Below are positions 38,798 to 51,750 of a stretch of 64,000 nt of DNA, one piece after another. Positions within the stretch are counted from its first letter, which is position 1, and each line of letters opens with the position of its first letter. Location of the stretch: contig NC_089431.1 of assembly GCF_026210795.1 (NCBI RefSeq), positions 434,001 to 498,000 on the forward strand. Direction: 5' to 3'. Both the position numbers and the translations under genes were made by a program. The DNA comes from Rhizophagus irregularis (lineage: Eukaryota). Under the pieces are notes generated by a model. The model saw only the letters and a list, made by a program, of their open reading frames with translations. It did not search any database and had not been told where the DNA came from.

Positions 38798-39689
38798 TTG
38801 TCCATCACATGACCATCAATAAACAATCAGAATTCCACTTCAGAACTTCTTTCTTTTGTTTTAAATACTGTATATGGTATGCTTCAGAGTTACACTTTAA
38901 AGCTTATTTTTTTTAAGAGAACGTTAACTAATGTTTATTTCTCAGATTTTGGCTTTGGATATTGGTTTAATAATAGTTTTTTTTAAAGTTATATTCTTTG
39001 AAATATATTTTCGTTAATAAAATTTCTTTTGTATCTTTTTGCAAAAATCAGTCACTCATTTTTGACAATTTCAAATATGAATCAGTTAGAGAAAGTACAA
39101 GAAGAAAAGGATATCCATTACTATGAAAAGAAAATTTATTTCTTTTCATTCAAAATCTTTTACCATTTCAACTATTAATATATATTTATTTTCAAAAGTC
39201 TTTCCCATATTTTTTGGTGAAATGAACGGAATTAATCATGATTTATTAATAAAAATTTTAGAAAATATATTTAATTAATGTAATAAATTTTTAAATTTTA
39301 GCATATTTTAATAATAAATACAGTAAATTATATTATATACTAATTTTCGCCTCAGATTCCCATTGGATCTGAGTGGAATTAGCTCAGATTCCATGTAATA
39401 ATGGCAGTAATGGCAGAAGACATGAGTCCAGATGATTACAAATGATTACAAATCAAATGTTCAAATTAGTATGACCATTTTAAGTCACTATATTAGTACA
39501 AGGTATTCAGAAAATGTGATATTTATCCGATTATGTCATTTGCGCCATGAATTGGTTAAAGATTTAGGTATCTTACGAAATAAAATCTGTGTTAAAATAA
39601 TATCAATACCAGTAAATTTATCTGATTTTTCATTTATCCGGTGGCACTATAAAGCTAAATAAATTAGATTATAAATAATGACTCTCTAG

Positions 39690-39852
39690 CAGTGTATAAA
39701 ATTCATGTGCACTATGTGCACATATGCATATTTTAATTTTTATGTGCACAATTTTTAAAATTTAATGTGCACTATTGTTCACAAAATTTTTTTAGTGTGC
39801 ATGCTTTATGTGCACATGTGCACATATAATTTTTTTCAGATTTTATACACTG
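39690..39852. mobile_element. hAT-like MITE (163 bp)
   Basis: TIR CAGTGTATAAAAT / ATTTTATACACTG; 8-bp TSD CTCTCTAG (39682-39689, 39853-39860); internal TGTGCAC repeats. Confidence 0.92.
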
Positions 39853-39975
39853 CTCTCTAGTCACTAACATTAATACTTGAAGTAAAATCATATTAGTACT
39901 AAAAAACAATGATCTGGTCATTTGACTATTTAGATAATTTATGAAATCATTTGTTATTATTCATAATCATTTGTC

Positions 39976-40744
39976 ATCATCATCATAAAAATGTTCTTAT
40001 TGAACTTATTGACTCAAATGTCAATTTTTTAAATTCTTCAATTACACATTCTATTAACTCTTATGAGTTATTTAATCATATTAATATTGATAATTCTGGA
40101 CATCATGAAATTTATTTAATTTTACATCAATTTATCCCACAAAATTTAAACAACTTAGTACATTCTTTTACTTTTAATGATAAACTCACCTGTAATATTA
40201 TATGGGATTATTTCATGAAATTTATACAAACGTATTTGGCCTTGACATTGTATCCATTTACATGAATGGGACCATCAACATGGCATTACCTCTAAACAAA
40301 AAAGATGCAAATTTAGGTGTAAAAAATCTTTGGGATCAACTTAGCCTAGGATTATTTCCACCATTTCAAATTCCTCATGAGACCCTAAAATCAGTCCTTC
40401 TCATATCTTGATAAGCCTCTCACCTCCTACTATATGTTCTTCTTGGTCTTTTCATCCCTTTACTGCTAACTTCATGGTCCCTCGTCGCACACATGGTCCT
40501 CAAACATCTTTATGGTTGGTCTTGTATACTTCTAATTTTCTTCATTCTGGAGGATGGTCATCTCACATTCAACATCCTAGTGATTTAGAGTTAGATTTAG
40601 TTAATTCTTTTTCTATTTGTAAATTTAATTTTTTTTCAGTTTCATTTTCTTTAATTCCTATGGGTATGACATAGGCTATGGTTTATGTTTGTCCTTTATG
40701 TATTGTTAGGCTCCAGTCATGTCTATATGTTTAAAATAAAATAA
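39976..40744 (+). mobile_element. Degenerate 5'-truncated LINE (ORF2 3' end, 3' UTR, A-rich tail)
   Basis: 13-bp TSD ATAATCATTTGTC (39963-39975, 40745-40757); tail aaaataaaataa; frameshifted ILHQFIP...VFG/HCIHLHEWDHQHGIT-like C-terminal segment; few CpGs. Confidence 0.75.
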
Positions 40745-41634
40745 ATAATCATTTGTCTTTTAGTCATTTCAATCATATGATTTTGATTGGCTAATATTTA
40801 TCACATAAATAAGCATGTGACTATAATTAAAAAACAATGAATTCAGTGTAGGCAAAAATTATAATATTGGCCAAAATTACATTCAAATGACTAAGGTCAT
40901 TTGTCATTTGAGCATTGAAATGACATGTCATTTGTTATTTGTCATTTGAATCATCAAGTCATTTGCTGAACACTTCTAAAAAAGTAAAAATAAATTAGAT
41001 TACTTAAAATAAGTATTGGATTTCTAATGCTAATTTAATATGAACAATTCAAAATTAGATAGTATCATTATCAGGTTCCTAAATCCTAAGATTACAAATA
41101 ATGGTTTTATATTTATTAAAAGAAGTAGCTAATGCTTTCTTACTAATTACTATGAACAATGTATCTGTTATAATATCAATCATATATGTCATAACTATTA
41201 ATTTTTTGTAAGATCTTTTTTCCTTTTTAGTAAAAAAATATGACATTATATTAAATAAAAATCATAATTTGTCATTATAATAATTATCATGAGTAAAACT
41301 ATATCATTCTGTATCATCTTACTTGCAAGACTAACAAAAGCTAGGTCACTTACTATAATTATTTTTTTTTTTCACAATAATATGTCAGTCCAAGTCATAC
41401 CACATATAAGTTATTTTTTTTTGTATTTAAGATCCTTATGCATTTTGATAGTTTTTTTTTCTTACTTTTATTCTAAATTTTTTTATAATTTTATAGTTTT
41501 TTTTTCTTACTTTTTCTAATCTTAATATTACTTTTTTAACTTTTTTTTAATTTTTACAATTACTTTACAATTTTTTAATCTTCCTTTAACAAAACCTTAC
41601 TTTTTTTTAATTTTCTTGTTTAATGAAATAATTA

Positions 41635-43402
41635 TGAGTAAACTATATCCTGAACATAAGGGTAAATAAATTTTATATACTTAGTAAATAAATTCAATTT
41701 TCTAACTATCCCTTTGACCTTTAGCCCTAGAATCTTATTTCAAAGAGAAAGGAAATTTAGCATCATATTATGGTTTCTTACTCCTTCACTACAACACTAT
41801 TGTTACTTCATCATTACCAACTAATAATTGGAAGGAACTTAATAATCAATGGATCAATCACTTTCTAATAGAAGCAAAACATCAAATAATTAATGAGGAA
41901 TTTTTAATTTCTATAAAGGAAAAGGTGTGTTTTTTATTTAGCAAATTTGAAGGTAACTCCTAAATTGATGCTTTGAGCTAGGAGAATTACTGGATTAACC
42001 AACTTGGTAAATCCAAGTCCTTAATTCAGGTGCCTTAAATTTGTATTGGTAAAAGTCTGCTTGTTCTGGAGGAGGAACAGGCTATATACCTTCTTTTATC
42101 ATAAATAAAAAATTAGTACACACAGCTAATAATATTTCTTGTAATAGGTAAATAATGAACAAACACGTCATGCAAAAAAATTAGAAATTTACTGGAAGGA
42201 GGTGATTACAGAATTAAATAAGGTTAGTCAGTATAATATAATAAGTTTAGTGATTATATAAATTGTTAATAAATTTTATTATAGAAGGATTCTGTAAAGC
42301 GAAAACTTGAAGAAGAAAAGGAAAATTTCAATTCACAATCAAAAAAGTGCCGAACTACTATCACTCTTTTTTGCATAGTTCAAGGAAATGCACACAATGC
42401 CTTTGCTATTAATATTAACAAAAACAAAACCATTAGTGAGCTTAAGAGTTTAATCCAAAAAGAAAAACATAATGATTTTGCTGGCATTGATCCTGATCAG
42501 CTGAAACTCTGGCAGGTTGAAATTCCTGATGATTGTTATGATGAGCTAACTAATTCTCAAGTGACTCTTAAAGACCTTAAAGAATTTGTATTTGCTTTAT
42601 ATCAATTTCCAGAACTTCAGAAAGATGTTGCAACACTTGCATTTTCATGCAATGATGAAAAATATTCTCCTAAAAGTGATCTAGAGTTTCAAAATATGCT
42701 TCAATTATTTGTATCAAAAAATAACCTCAAATTTACTGTATTATAGAAACATCATTATCCTTTTCTTCTTGGACTTTTCCAAAAATATGTAAACTATATA
42801 AACTTAGTGAAGATAGTGATCCAACATTATCTGTATTCCCTCCTTTTACTTGTGGATGTGTAGAATTAAATGATGAAAAGTCACAAGTAATAATCAAGCA
42901 TCTTATAACTGAATTGAATTTCCACTTCAAAGCTATTCCTATTGGAAATGAAGCATCAAAAAGTCAATATGTTTGTTCATACCTTGTAGCTATTGCTAAC
43001 CTTTTTGAAGATAAATTTAAGGTTTATCCAGAAAAAAATGTTTCAGGTCTGAATGGTCATGGGCCTGTAGACTTTGCTTTAATTCAAATTCAAAATTCTA
43101 GAATAATTGGGATTACTGAAGTTAAAGATAAAGATTTTCAACAAGGTGTTACTCAGAATGCAGTTCAATGTGAATCAAGTAAGAAGAAAAATGTCTTTGG
43201 TATTATAACTGATTCTGAAAAATGGTTTTTTTTGGAGTGTTCATTAGATAATGAAAGAAACCCTAATTTTAAATTATCAAAACCAATGGTTATTATATAT
43301 GGAGATGAAGATATGGAAGATCGAGTAAAAAAAGTTCTTGGTCATATTGTATGGTTGCTAGGGGAGGCCCAAAGACTAGATGAACTAGAGGATAAAAACT
43401 AA
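41635..43402 (+). pseudogene. Crinkler (CRN)-like gene: internal CRN ubiquitin-like domain plus C-terminal PD-(D/E)XK REase domain; one 1-nt frameshift
   Basis: Multi-exon from ATG 41635. TLFCIVQG..NAFAINI...TISELKSLIQKEK...IDPDQLKLWQV (42358-42520); GHGPVDFA...ITEVK...QGVTQNAVQ...FGIITDSEKWFF (43057-43230). Frame breaks at about 42742 (FTV-F-IET). Confidence 0.8.
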
Positions 43403-44744
43403 TAATATATTTAATTAAAATAGTATAGAATGTATACATTAAAAAATTTAGTTTCATAATATATTTTTATATATGTATCATTAGTATAAATTAAAAAAAA
43501 ATAATCATATAAAATTTATTATAGATAAAATTTGGGATTGATCCCTAGCAGCAAAATATTGAGCATTGGCAGCCATAAAAATAATTAACCTGCACTGCTG
43601 GTCACAACTCAATCCTGAACTAGAATCTAAATTACATGGCGTTGGGGTCTTAAATATTTCTTATCAATAGTAGCATTATTAGGTTCTGCTGTTTTATCAG
43701 TAAAAGATTTCACTTTTGCACTGAAAAACAAACAATTAATTATCAATTTGAAAAAGAATATCATTTAAAAAAAAAGGAAAAAAAATACCAGGTCCTTATA
43801 GCTGAATTTTTTCCAAAAATATTTTTTTTTAGATTTGTCAGATAAAATTCTGGTTAATTTTGTATATAATATTAGGCTGGCTTAATATCATATACTTATT
43901 AATTAAGAATCTAGAATTCCTGGGTACTAAGTTCATCGAGAAGAAAATTTCCAGTGAAGAATTTTATAGTTATTTAATGACTTTGTAAATTATATTTAAA
44001 ATCATCAATAAATATTTATTGTGTTTGATCGCAAAATTTCAGTTGGCATGTATTCTTTCTAATTTTTTTTTACCCTGTATCCTAAAATTAATAACAAATT
44101 AATTATTTTTAGGCGCTAAAGCGAAATCTTTAGCCGATAAAGCAGCGAGTTTATATGATGAACCTATTTTGTAATTAATTTAATTATAATTTATTTTTAA
44201 AATCATTGAATTTTTAAATATTTATATAATTGACCGCAAAATTACAGTAGTTATTATTTTTTTTTTTGGTTACAAAAAATTGTTTACTAAACTTTTTCTC
44301 AAAAAAATATCATAAATTTGTTTCGTAAAAATTTGTTTAAATAAATGATTGGCTTAAAAATAACTTTGTCTGAACAATAATAATACCGTATAATAAAAAA
44401 ATCCAAAATATTTCAAATCATTTCACAGGATCAGACGATTGAATGAAAATTTTACCACATCCAATAAAAGTGTTATCCATTCTGGCTTTTGTATCATGCT
44501 GTATTGTTAATTTGTTATATCAATTATATCTAACTAAAATAGTCACAATATAAATAGCTGACTATGAAAATCTGCATGATCTCCTCTTTATAAAAAATTT
44601 TTTATTTTTCTAACTTTGACGTCCTCCCTTTAAAAAAAAAATTTTTTTTTAACTTTCCCTCTCTTTTTAAAAAAATATTTTTTTTTGATTTATTCTTTAT
44701 TCCCCTTTCTTTTTTATTTATATTTATCCCTTTTTTTATTTCAT

Positions 44745-45260
44745 AGGCCAGCAGATTTTTTTTTGTGAGAAGATTCAGTTTCTTTTTTCTTTTTTGTCGA
44801 TCAGTTTGGGAGTCCTTTCCTTTTTGTAGGATTGTTCAGGATTTTTTTCTTTTTTTAGGTCAGTTCAAATTTTCTTTTTTTTTTTTTGTAAGTTGGGTTC
44901 AAATTCTTTTCTTTTGTAGGTTGTTTCAGTTTTGTTGCTTCAGAGTCTTCTTTTTTGTAGGTCAGTTTTGGATTTATTTTGTTGTTTTGGTTTCTTTTTC
45001 ATCAGATGCTTCATAATTTTTTTCATTTATGTAGGTCAGACATTCTGGAGTTCTCTTTCTTTTTTTGTAGGAATGCTGACCTTTGGTGACTTGGACGATT
45101 GCAGATACTATATGAAGGGGGGTTTTGTTTCCAATTAAGTTAGACGTTCTTATGTTTCTTTTTTTTGTTTTTTTTAGGTTGTTTTACTCCAAATGAACCT
45201 GAACTTATAGATAATTTGGTTGCAATAGGTGGTTTTAATAAGGAGGGAATTTTCATAATG
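44745..45260 (+). repeat. Array of repeated splice-acceptor-like motifs (Tn-GTAG|GTCAG)
   Basis: About 8 copies of TTTTT(G)TAGG at 30-70 nt spacing; no coherent ORF. Confidence 0.5.
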
Positions 45261-45369
45261 TATTTGTATTTTGTTTATTTTTTATTTTTTATTTAATTTA
45301 ATAAAGTAAAATTAGATTTATGCAAATATAATTATAGTAAACTGTAATAACTGTAATACAAATAGTAAA

Positions 45370-45579
45370 TTCAGTGACCAAATCGTATAAATTTCGTGAT
45401 AAAATCAGTGATCAAATCATGTAAATTCCATATGAATTCCGTGCAAATTCCGTATCAAAACCATATTTTTAGTGATACGTAATTGTGCATTTTTCCGTAT
45501 CCTATTATGATACGTTATTTCTAAGGAAAAAAAATCGTATAAAAACTTTATAAAAAACGTATCCAATTTTTTTATAGGG
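45370..45579 (+). mobile_element. Orphan right end of a CCC-type CACTA element
   Basis: Ends TTTTTTATAGGG|TGA at 45579, with subterminal ttccgt/cgtat repeats. Confidence 0.55.
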
Positions 45580-45813
45580 TGACATTTTTGCAATATTCAG
45601 CTTTTTTTAAGATTGGAAATTTCAAATTCACCTTTATAAATTTAAGTATAATTATTCAATTTATTTGTTAAAGAATTTTTAATCTAATAATAATGCACAA
45701 AGTTATAATTGCACATTAATTTTTTATATTAAATTTATAGTTAATATTTTTAATTGTATTTCCCTTGTTATTAACCTATTTGAACCTAAAGATAATAAAA
45801 CACATCCTCCTAG

Positions 45814-45947
45814 CTCTATAAAAAATAATATCCAGAAATTGTCATCGAAAATGTCCAGAAAATGTTCAGGTGTCCGAGAAATGTTTACTTCTTGAGCCCT
45901 CCTGGACATTTCCGACAACAATTTCTGGACATTCTTTTTTTATAGGG
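45814..45947. mobile_element. 134-bp CCC-type CACTA MITE
   Basis: TIR C(T/C)CTATAAAAAA...TCCAGAAATTGT..TCG.AAATGTCCAG; 3-bp TSD TAG (45811-45813, 45948-45950). Confidence 0.88.
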
Positions 45948-46910
45948 TAGATCACTAATATCTTCTTCTACATTAACTTTTCCATCAGAAACTCTTCTAA
46001 TATTAATACTTCCATATATTTATTAATTCGATCCAAAGCTTTTTCTAAAGTATTTTTTTACACTGGTTACATACGATAATGTTAATCACTCTCCTTATCT
46101 TTCTTTACCAGAAAGATATAAAGCATGTAGGAGTATGTGGAAGTTCAGCCAACTCTCCCGCGAAAAACCTTCCCACAAAAAATAATGCAAAATAAGGTAT
46201 GTTCGCTATTTGGCTTGGGAAACAGATTCTACCCACCACCTGTGAGCTTTCACTGACTATACTTTTTTAAGTAGGAAAATGACCAATTACGGAACTAACA
46301 TATTTCTCATTGATGGTGATGGCATTTTCGATCTTAATGTTGATTTATCTGTTATACCTATTGAAGCACTTAAAGATAGGTTTCTGACGCTAGGGCATAT
46401 TGCTTCTAGGGATGTTAGGCTCTGCAGAATCGATCATGGCAGAGAAAGTGGAAATGACTATGAGATCTGCGACTTTGGAGCATTATCCCAATCTAGATCC
46501 TAATCTAATTCATATTATTATAAAAATCTTCTCCTTTTACTAAAGCTATAGATAAATAGAAATTATTTATTAACATCACGTAATGACGTAATGCGACCTG
46601 TTCACAACTTTATGTATCAGTTGTTTCGTCAACCTTTTATCAATGAATCGATCAAAGTCACGTGAAATGATGCAATGCCTGTGCGATATAAAATCGTATA
46701 TTAACGCTTGCTTTTTTTCCCAGAATAAAATCTGGTCTCACCCCGGAACGTAATACATTTTTTTATCCAAGACCAATATCCCTATAAAAGCACTATGTTC
46801 ACCCCCAACAGCTGAGCACGACTCTTTTTCCTAAATTACCATTAAAATCCCCCTTTTGAGCTTTCTTGAACCAAGGTCAAAACTCGGTACACTGAACTAT
46901 TTATCTACCT

Positions 46911-47772
46911 AATGACTAATTATGAACTGGGACACAGAGACCCTTATCGATTTTTTGAAAGAGCAAAACCTTAGGAATACTTCGCAAGTGAAAAATAAAT
47001 GGTCAAGTATTTATTGAAATATGATAAGTAAGGATTATTTTATGTAAGCTGGGTTGGAATTTGGACCAGCTATAAAAACTTGCAAAAGAGATTCAGACCC
47101 TCAAAGAAAAGCCGAAGCGCCTATTCTCCTCGTACCTTAGTCTGAGTGAGGTATTAGCGGAATATGATCTCTACTCCGATGGTATAGATTCTTGAACCGC
47201 AAATTCACGAGATTCAAGATGATAATAAGGTCTTTGAGCGTTGCATGGAAGTAATTTTTGGTAGGTTGCGCTCCTACGGAACTTTACAGCCATGTGTAAT
47301 GAATATGTCGTAGCACTTCTTCATGCTTCCATCATCGTAATGGATTAAATAAATAAGTATGTCCTCAGTATGGAATAGTTGGCGAAAAATGCCGAGGCCG
47401 GGTTTATTGTGCAATAGGTCTAGTCGCAAACATGATAACTTACCACTAACACAAAACTATGGAAATATATTGATAGGAGGCTGAAGACCTTATCTGTATC
47501 ACGGAGGATAAACAACACAAGGTTCCCGTAGGCTTCGCTCAGAATATCAAACAGCTTGAAAGCACATGTGAGACGAACAAGAGGAAGCGTGATGATAATT
47601 TTGATTATGTCTATGGTATAGTCACAACAGTTCGGGACTAACACTTCCTTTTATATAGCCCCAGAAAAATATCCAAGGCAAGTGACACTGCGTATTCGAT
47701 CGAATTTACCAAAAAGGCCTTGGACTCGAACTACAATTCATACCAATTATTGCGTAATAGTGTGAAAGAGTA
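46911..47772 (+). pseudogene. Degenerate SAM-like plus CRN-type REase gene
   Basis: Fragments NWDTETLIDFLKEQNL, GLEFGPAI.LAKEIQTLKEKPKRLFSSY, ICITEDKQHKVPVGFAQNIKQLES, DYVYGIVTT; many frameshifts and stops. Confidence 0.75.
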
Positions 47773-50319
47773 ATCATGTACAGTGTGTTATAAAAAAAAC
47801 CGTAAATTTATTCACGTGATAAAAATGCGTGTTATACGCTCAAAATAAATTCCGATTTTAAAGAAAAATTTGACATAAAATTCATAAATTAAAAATAGAT
47901 GCAAATTCACTAGAAATTTCTTTAATTTTATCAAGATAAATGGGAAAAATGTGAATAAAAAAAAAATCTTTATAAAATATTTTATGTAAAAAAAGTAAAA
48001 AAATATAAATTTGTTTTAAAATAGTTATAAAAAAATTTTTAAATAAAAAATTATAATTATAAGCTTAATGATAGAAAAATTACTAAAAAATAAATTCCAT
48101 ATTTATTTATTATCAGTTATTGGATGAACTGTCCCGTCAAACCGATAAGTGGTGAGATCGTCATAAACTATTTAGTGAATTTATTAATTGTGTGGCACAG
48201 TAATATATTTAGCTTAAGTGTATAAAATTGTAAAATATTTTATGAAATGTTACAAATGACGTAACATTATGTAAAACTATTCTTGTGATTTATTTTTATT
48301 TTTATTTATTTTTAGATCATAAAAAATTGATATTAGAAAGTGATTATTGTTAAAAGTAAAATTCGAAAATGGAGAAGGGTAATTTTATAATATTATTACT
48401 ATGATAATTTGGGAACAGAACAAAAACACTTTGAAAATATTTTACTGAATTTTAGAAATTTAGTAAAAAAGACAATGAATTCTGGATCGACAATTTGTTT
48501 AGTATAAGTATTACATTAGAACCAAGCATTATATTAATTATATTATATAGTATATTATGACTCGTGTCACTATTTTGTATTATTAAATAAAAGGATTATC
48601 TTTGTTAACTAATGATAATTACTGGTGGTGATGTAAATATTAAAAGAATAATAAAAATTTGATTTTCTGTAAAAACTATAGTCATCAGACATTACAATGG
48701 CCAATTTTTTAATTCCGTAACACGCTTTCTCCCAAGGCGCTCATAACACTAATGATTATGAATGATTTATAGCGTGTTTAGAGATAATGTGATTTGACCT
48801 ATTGATTTATGGTTAGCTTTTATGCAATTCATATGTAATACTGAAACTCTGAGGAAACGATAAATAGTTCAGCTACTAATAAAATTGTTGCACCGCATAC
48901 ATTGATAACATAATAATGGATTATAAATATTCAAAAATATCACGAGTAAATTAACTTTATTTTGAGAAATTAAAAATACAGGGCTAGAAATTTTATCAGT
49001 TATTACATGTGAAATATACAAATATACAGTACATAGTATTTCCTATATATCCTAAAGAAAGTATAGGTACAGTAGGACCGAGGATAATGAAAATGAAAAA
49101 TATATATATATATATAACTATTATATTGTTAAATATATGTTAATATATGTTACTATTACCTAAAAAAAAATATTATTAGGAAGATACTTACTGAACGTAA
49201 TAACCCTGTTGTTTTTGTTTCTGTTTTCTTATCGGTCATAAGGAGGTTGCGGTTTAGTATCTTTAACCTGACTAGTAGTTAAATTCGTTGAATGCAAGTG
49301 TAACTTTTTTTTTCTATCCGCATCATCTTTGATTACTTTTTCTCGAAGTTTGTATTTTTCTTCTTCGGATTGTCTTTTAGGTCTTTGATTTTTAGTAACT
49401 TTACTGTTTTTAGTATTCAGAGACGTCATATTATAATTTTTACAATTATTTTCACTTCTCAGAATATTGATTATTTTCATCTTCTCGGAATACGGTTATA
49501 TATATATTGCTGGAGCGCATCTTAGCTATGACTCACATCTTGATAATCATTGTTAGACTGTTAATTTACCTATCTTGTGCAATTTATCTCTCATCTTGTG
49601 AACATACTGAATAATATCAATGTGTTCGTATCTTTCATTCGATTATGTTGATCCCGAACTTAAATTTTCTTTGAACATGTGACAAGGTCACGGTCTCGTA
49701 TGTGCCAATCCCTGCACATACGGCCTAAATTTGAATCTGATATTTAAAACAAAATGGAATACCAACCCGTAGGAATACTAATGTGGAAAAAGAAAATTGC
49801 AAAAAGAAAATTGCAATAAACCTTTCGAGAATTTAAAAACATGCACCAAAGTAAAAAAAAAAGAAAAAAATGATAAACTACAAATATCCCAAAATCGTAT
49901 AATTAAAAATAGAAGAAAAAGATATTATCTAAATATATCGAATCTATCAAATTTCTGATTGAATCACAATCCTGATTAAGTTTAGAATAAACCTCAATCA
50001 ATCTTATTATACAATCAATTTCATTGTACAATCAAAATAACTCATCATGACTCACATCTAATCTAATGACTCATTGACTCTTTACGAATCAAGTCGCGTC
50101 TACAAAGACCTTCCATAATAATTTCATCACATGATGCACCTCATCACATGCCATCACGTGACAAACAATCTTATTACGATGTCACCCTATCACATGACTA
50201 TCATGTGATTATAAATATCTAGTAACACCAACAAATTTTCTACGGTAAATTCAGCGCCTTTTTTTGAAATAAACTAAATATAACTATAAATAAATATACT
50301 TGTATTTTTTAAATATTTT

Positions 50320-51750
50320 AATTAGAAACGTTATTTAACGTTCCTTATTTTTTTTTTATCAAGAACTGGAACGCTGAAATGTATGGTAAGTTCTGTAACA
50401 GGTGTTACGGAACTTTGTGTTTTTTAATATTTTTAAAAGAAACGCTTATACTTTATAAACATTTTTTAATTTCTTTTTGTAAATTTTGGATCGTCATAAT
50501 GTATGGTAGATTTCACGAAACTTTTTTTTAAAATTTTAATAAGAAACGTAACGTTTCTTATGTTTTTTAGTAGATTTTAAGGGAACGCCGAACACCGATA
50601 TGTTTACAACATTGGGTGTTGTGAATTTTTTTTGTAGATTTTGGGTTCAAAGGCACTGGAACACTGAAATGGTAAATTTCGCAACACCTGTCAATTTTTT
50701 TCTTACTCTTTCTTAAAAGAAATTTTAATTAATGTGTTTCTTTATTCTTTTTACTTTTTTTATTTTTCCCGTGCCTTACCTTCCCTTCCTCCGCACTTTC
50801 CCACTTTCCCACTTTCCCCTTCGCTCTCTTTCCTCTTCAGTTTTTCACCTTCCCTCCTCTCTTTTTCCTGCGCCCTTTTATTTTCTTAGGTTTCGGCTTC
50901 TGAAAGTTATTGAAATGTAAGTTTTGAAGCGTTTCGCTTTTTAAAATTTACTTTTTTTATTAACTTTTATTTTTTGTCATATAGGTCTACCTCCTGGATT
51001 TTCTCTTTCAGCTCTGGATTTTCTTTTATAGGTCGGCTTGGATGGTTACTTCAACCTTCAGCTTGGATTTTTTTTTCTGTAGGTAACTTTGACCTGGATT
51101 TTTTTCGTAAGTTTTGGATAGGCAATTGGAAACAGGTAAGTTTCGTAAAATCTTTTTTTTTAATTTTTTTATTAGGAAATATTAATTAATATTTCCTTTT
51201 TCTTTTCTGTAAGTTTTTGGAATTTCAGTTCAGGTAAACAGTAAGTTTCATATGTTTGTGAAACTTTCGTTTTTCTTTGTATTTTCTTTTTATTGGAAAC
51301 ATTTTGTTAATTTCCATATTTCTTTTATTTTTTTTTAGGCTTTGTGATTTTGGTAAGTTTCGTTACGAAACTTTCCTAAATTTTTTTTTTTTTTGAACAA
51401 TTTGGTAATGTTTCATTATTTTCTTTTTTGTAGGCTTCGGATGAGATGTTTCATGTTTGCGATATCGGATTTTGGGATATCGGATTAATTGGATCGTGTA
51501 AGGTTTCATTAATGAAACTTCTTATTTTTCTTTATTTGAAATATTTTCTAATGTTTCGTTATTTTCTTTTTTGTAGACTTCGGTTTGTAGGTTCAAGTCT
51601 TTATTAGAATTTTGAGAATTAAAAAGGGTAAGTCTCGTAACTTTCACTATGAAACTTTAAATTTTTTATTATTAGAAATGTTTTACTAATATTTCTTTTC
51701 TTATAGGTTTAAGGCTTTAAGTTCGGGTTGTAGCTGATTTAGAAAAGTAA
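50320..51750 (+). other. Second array of micro-exons and homologous structured introns, apparently non-coding
   Basis: Donors at 50386, 50506, 50672, 50917, 51136, 51241, 51353, 51498, 51628. Several introns have an AAGTTTC...GAAACTT 5' hairpin and a GAAA(C/T)(A/G)TT...AA(C/T)(A/G)TTTC hairpin near the branch point. Confidence 0.65.

Noticed and set aside
13984..45579. One giant 31.6-kb CACTA element pairing the orphan left and right ends
   Set aside because: Flanking trinucleotides differ (TAC vs TGA), so there is no TSD.
45960..46510. Possible degenerate minus-strand gene fragment and the 74-aa plus-strand ORF
   Set aside because: Stops in all frames; no family assignable.
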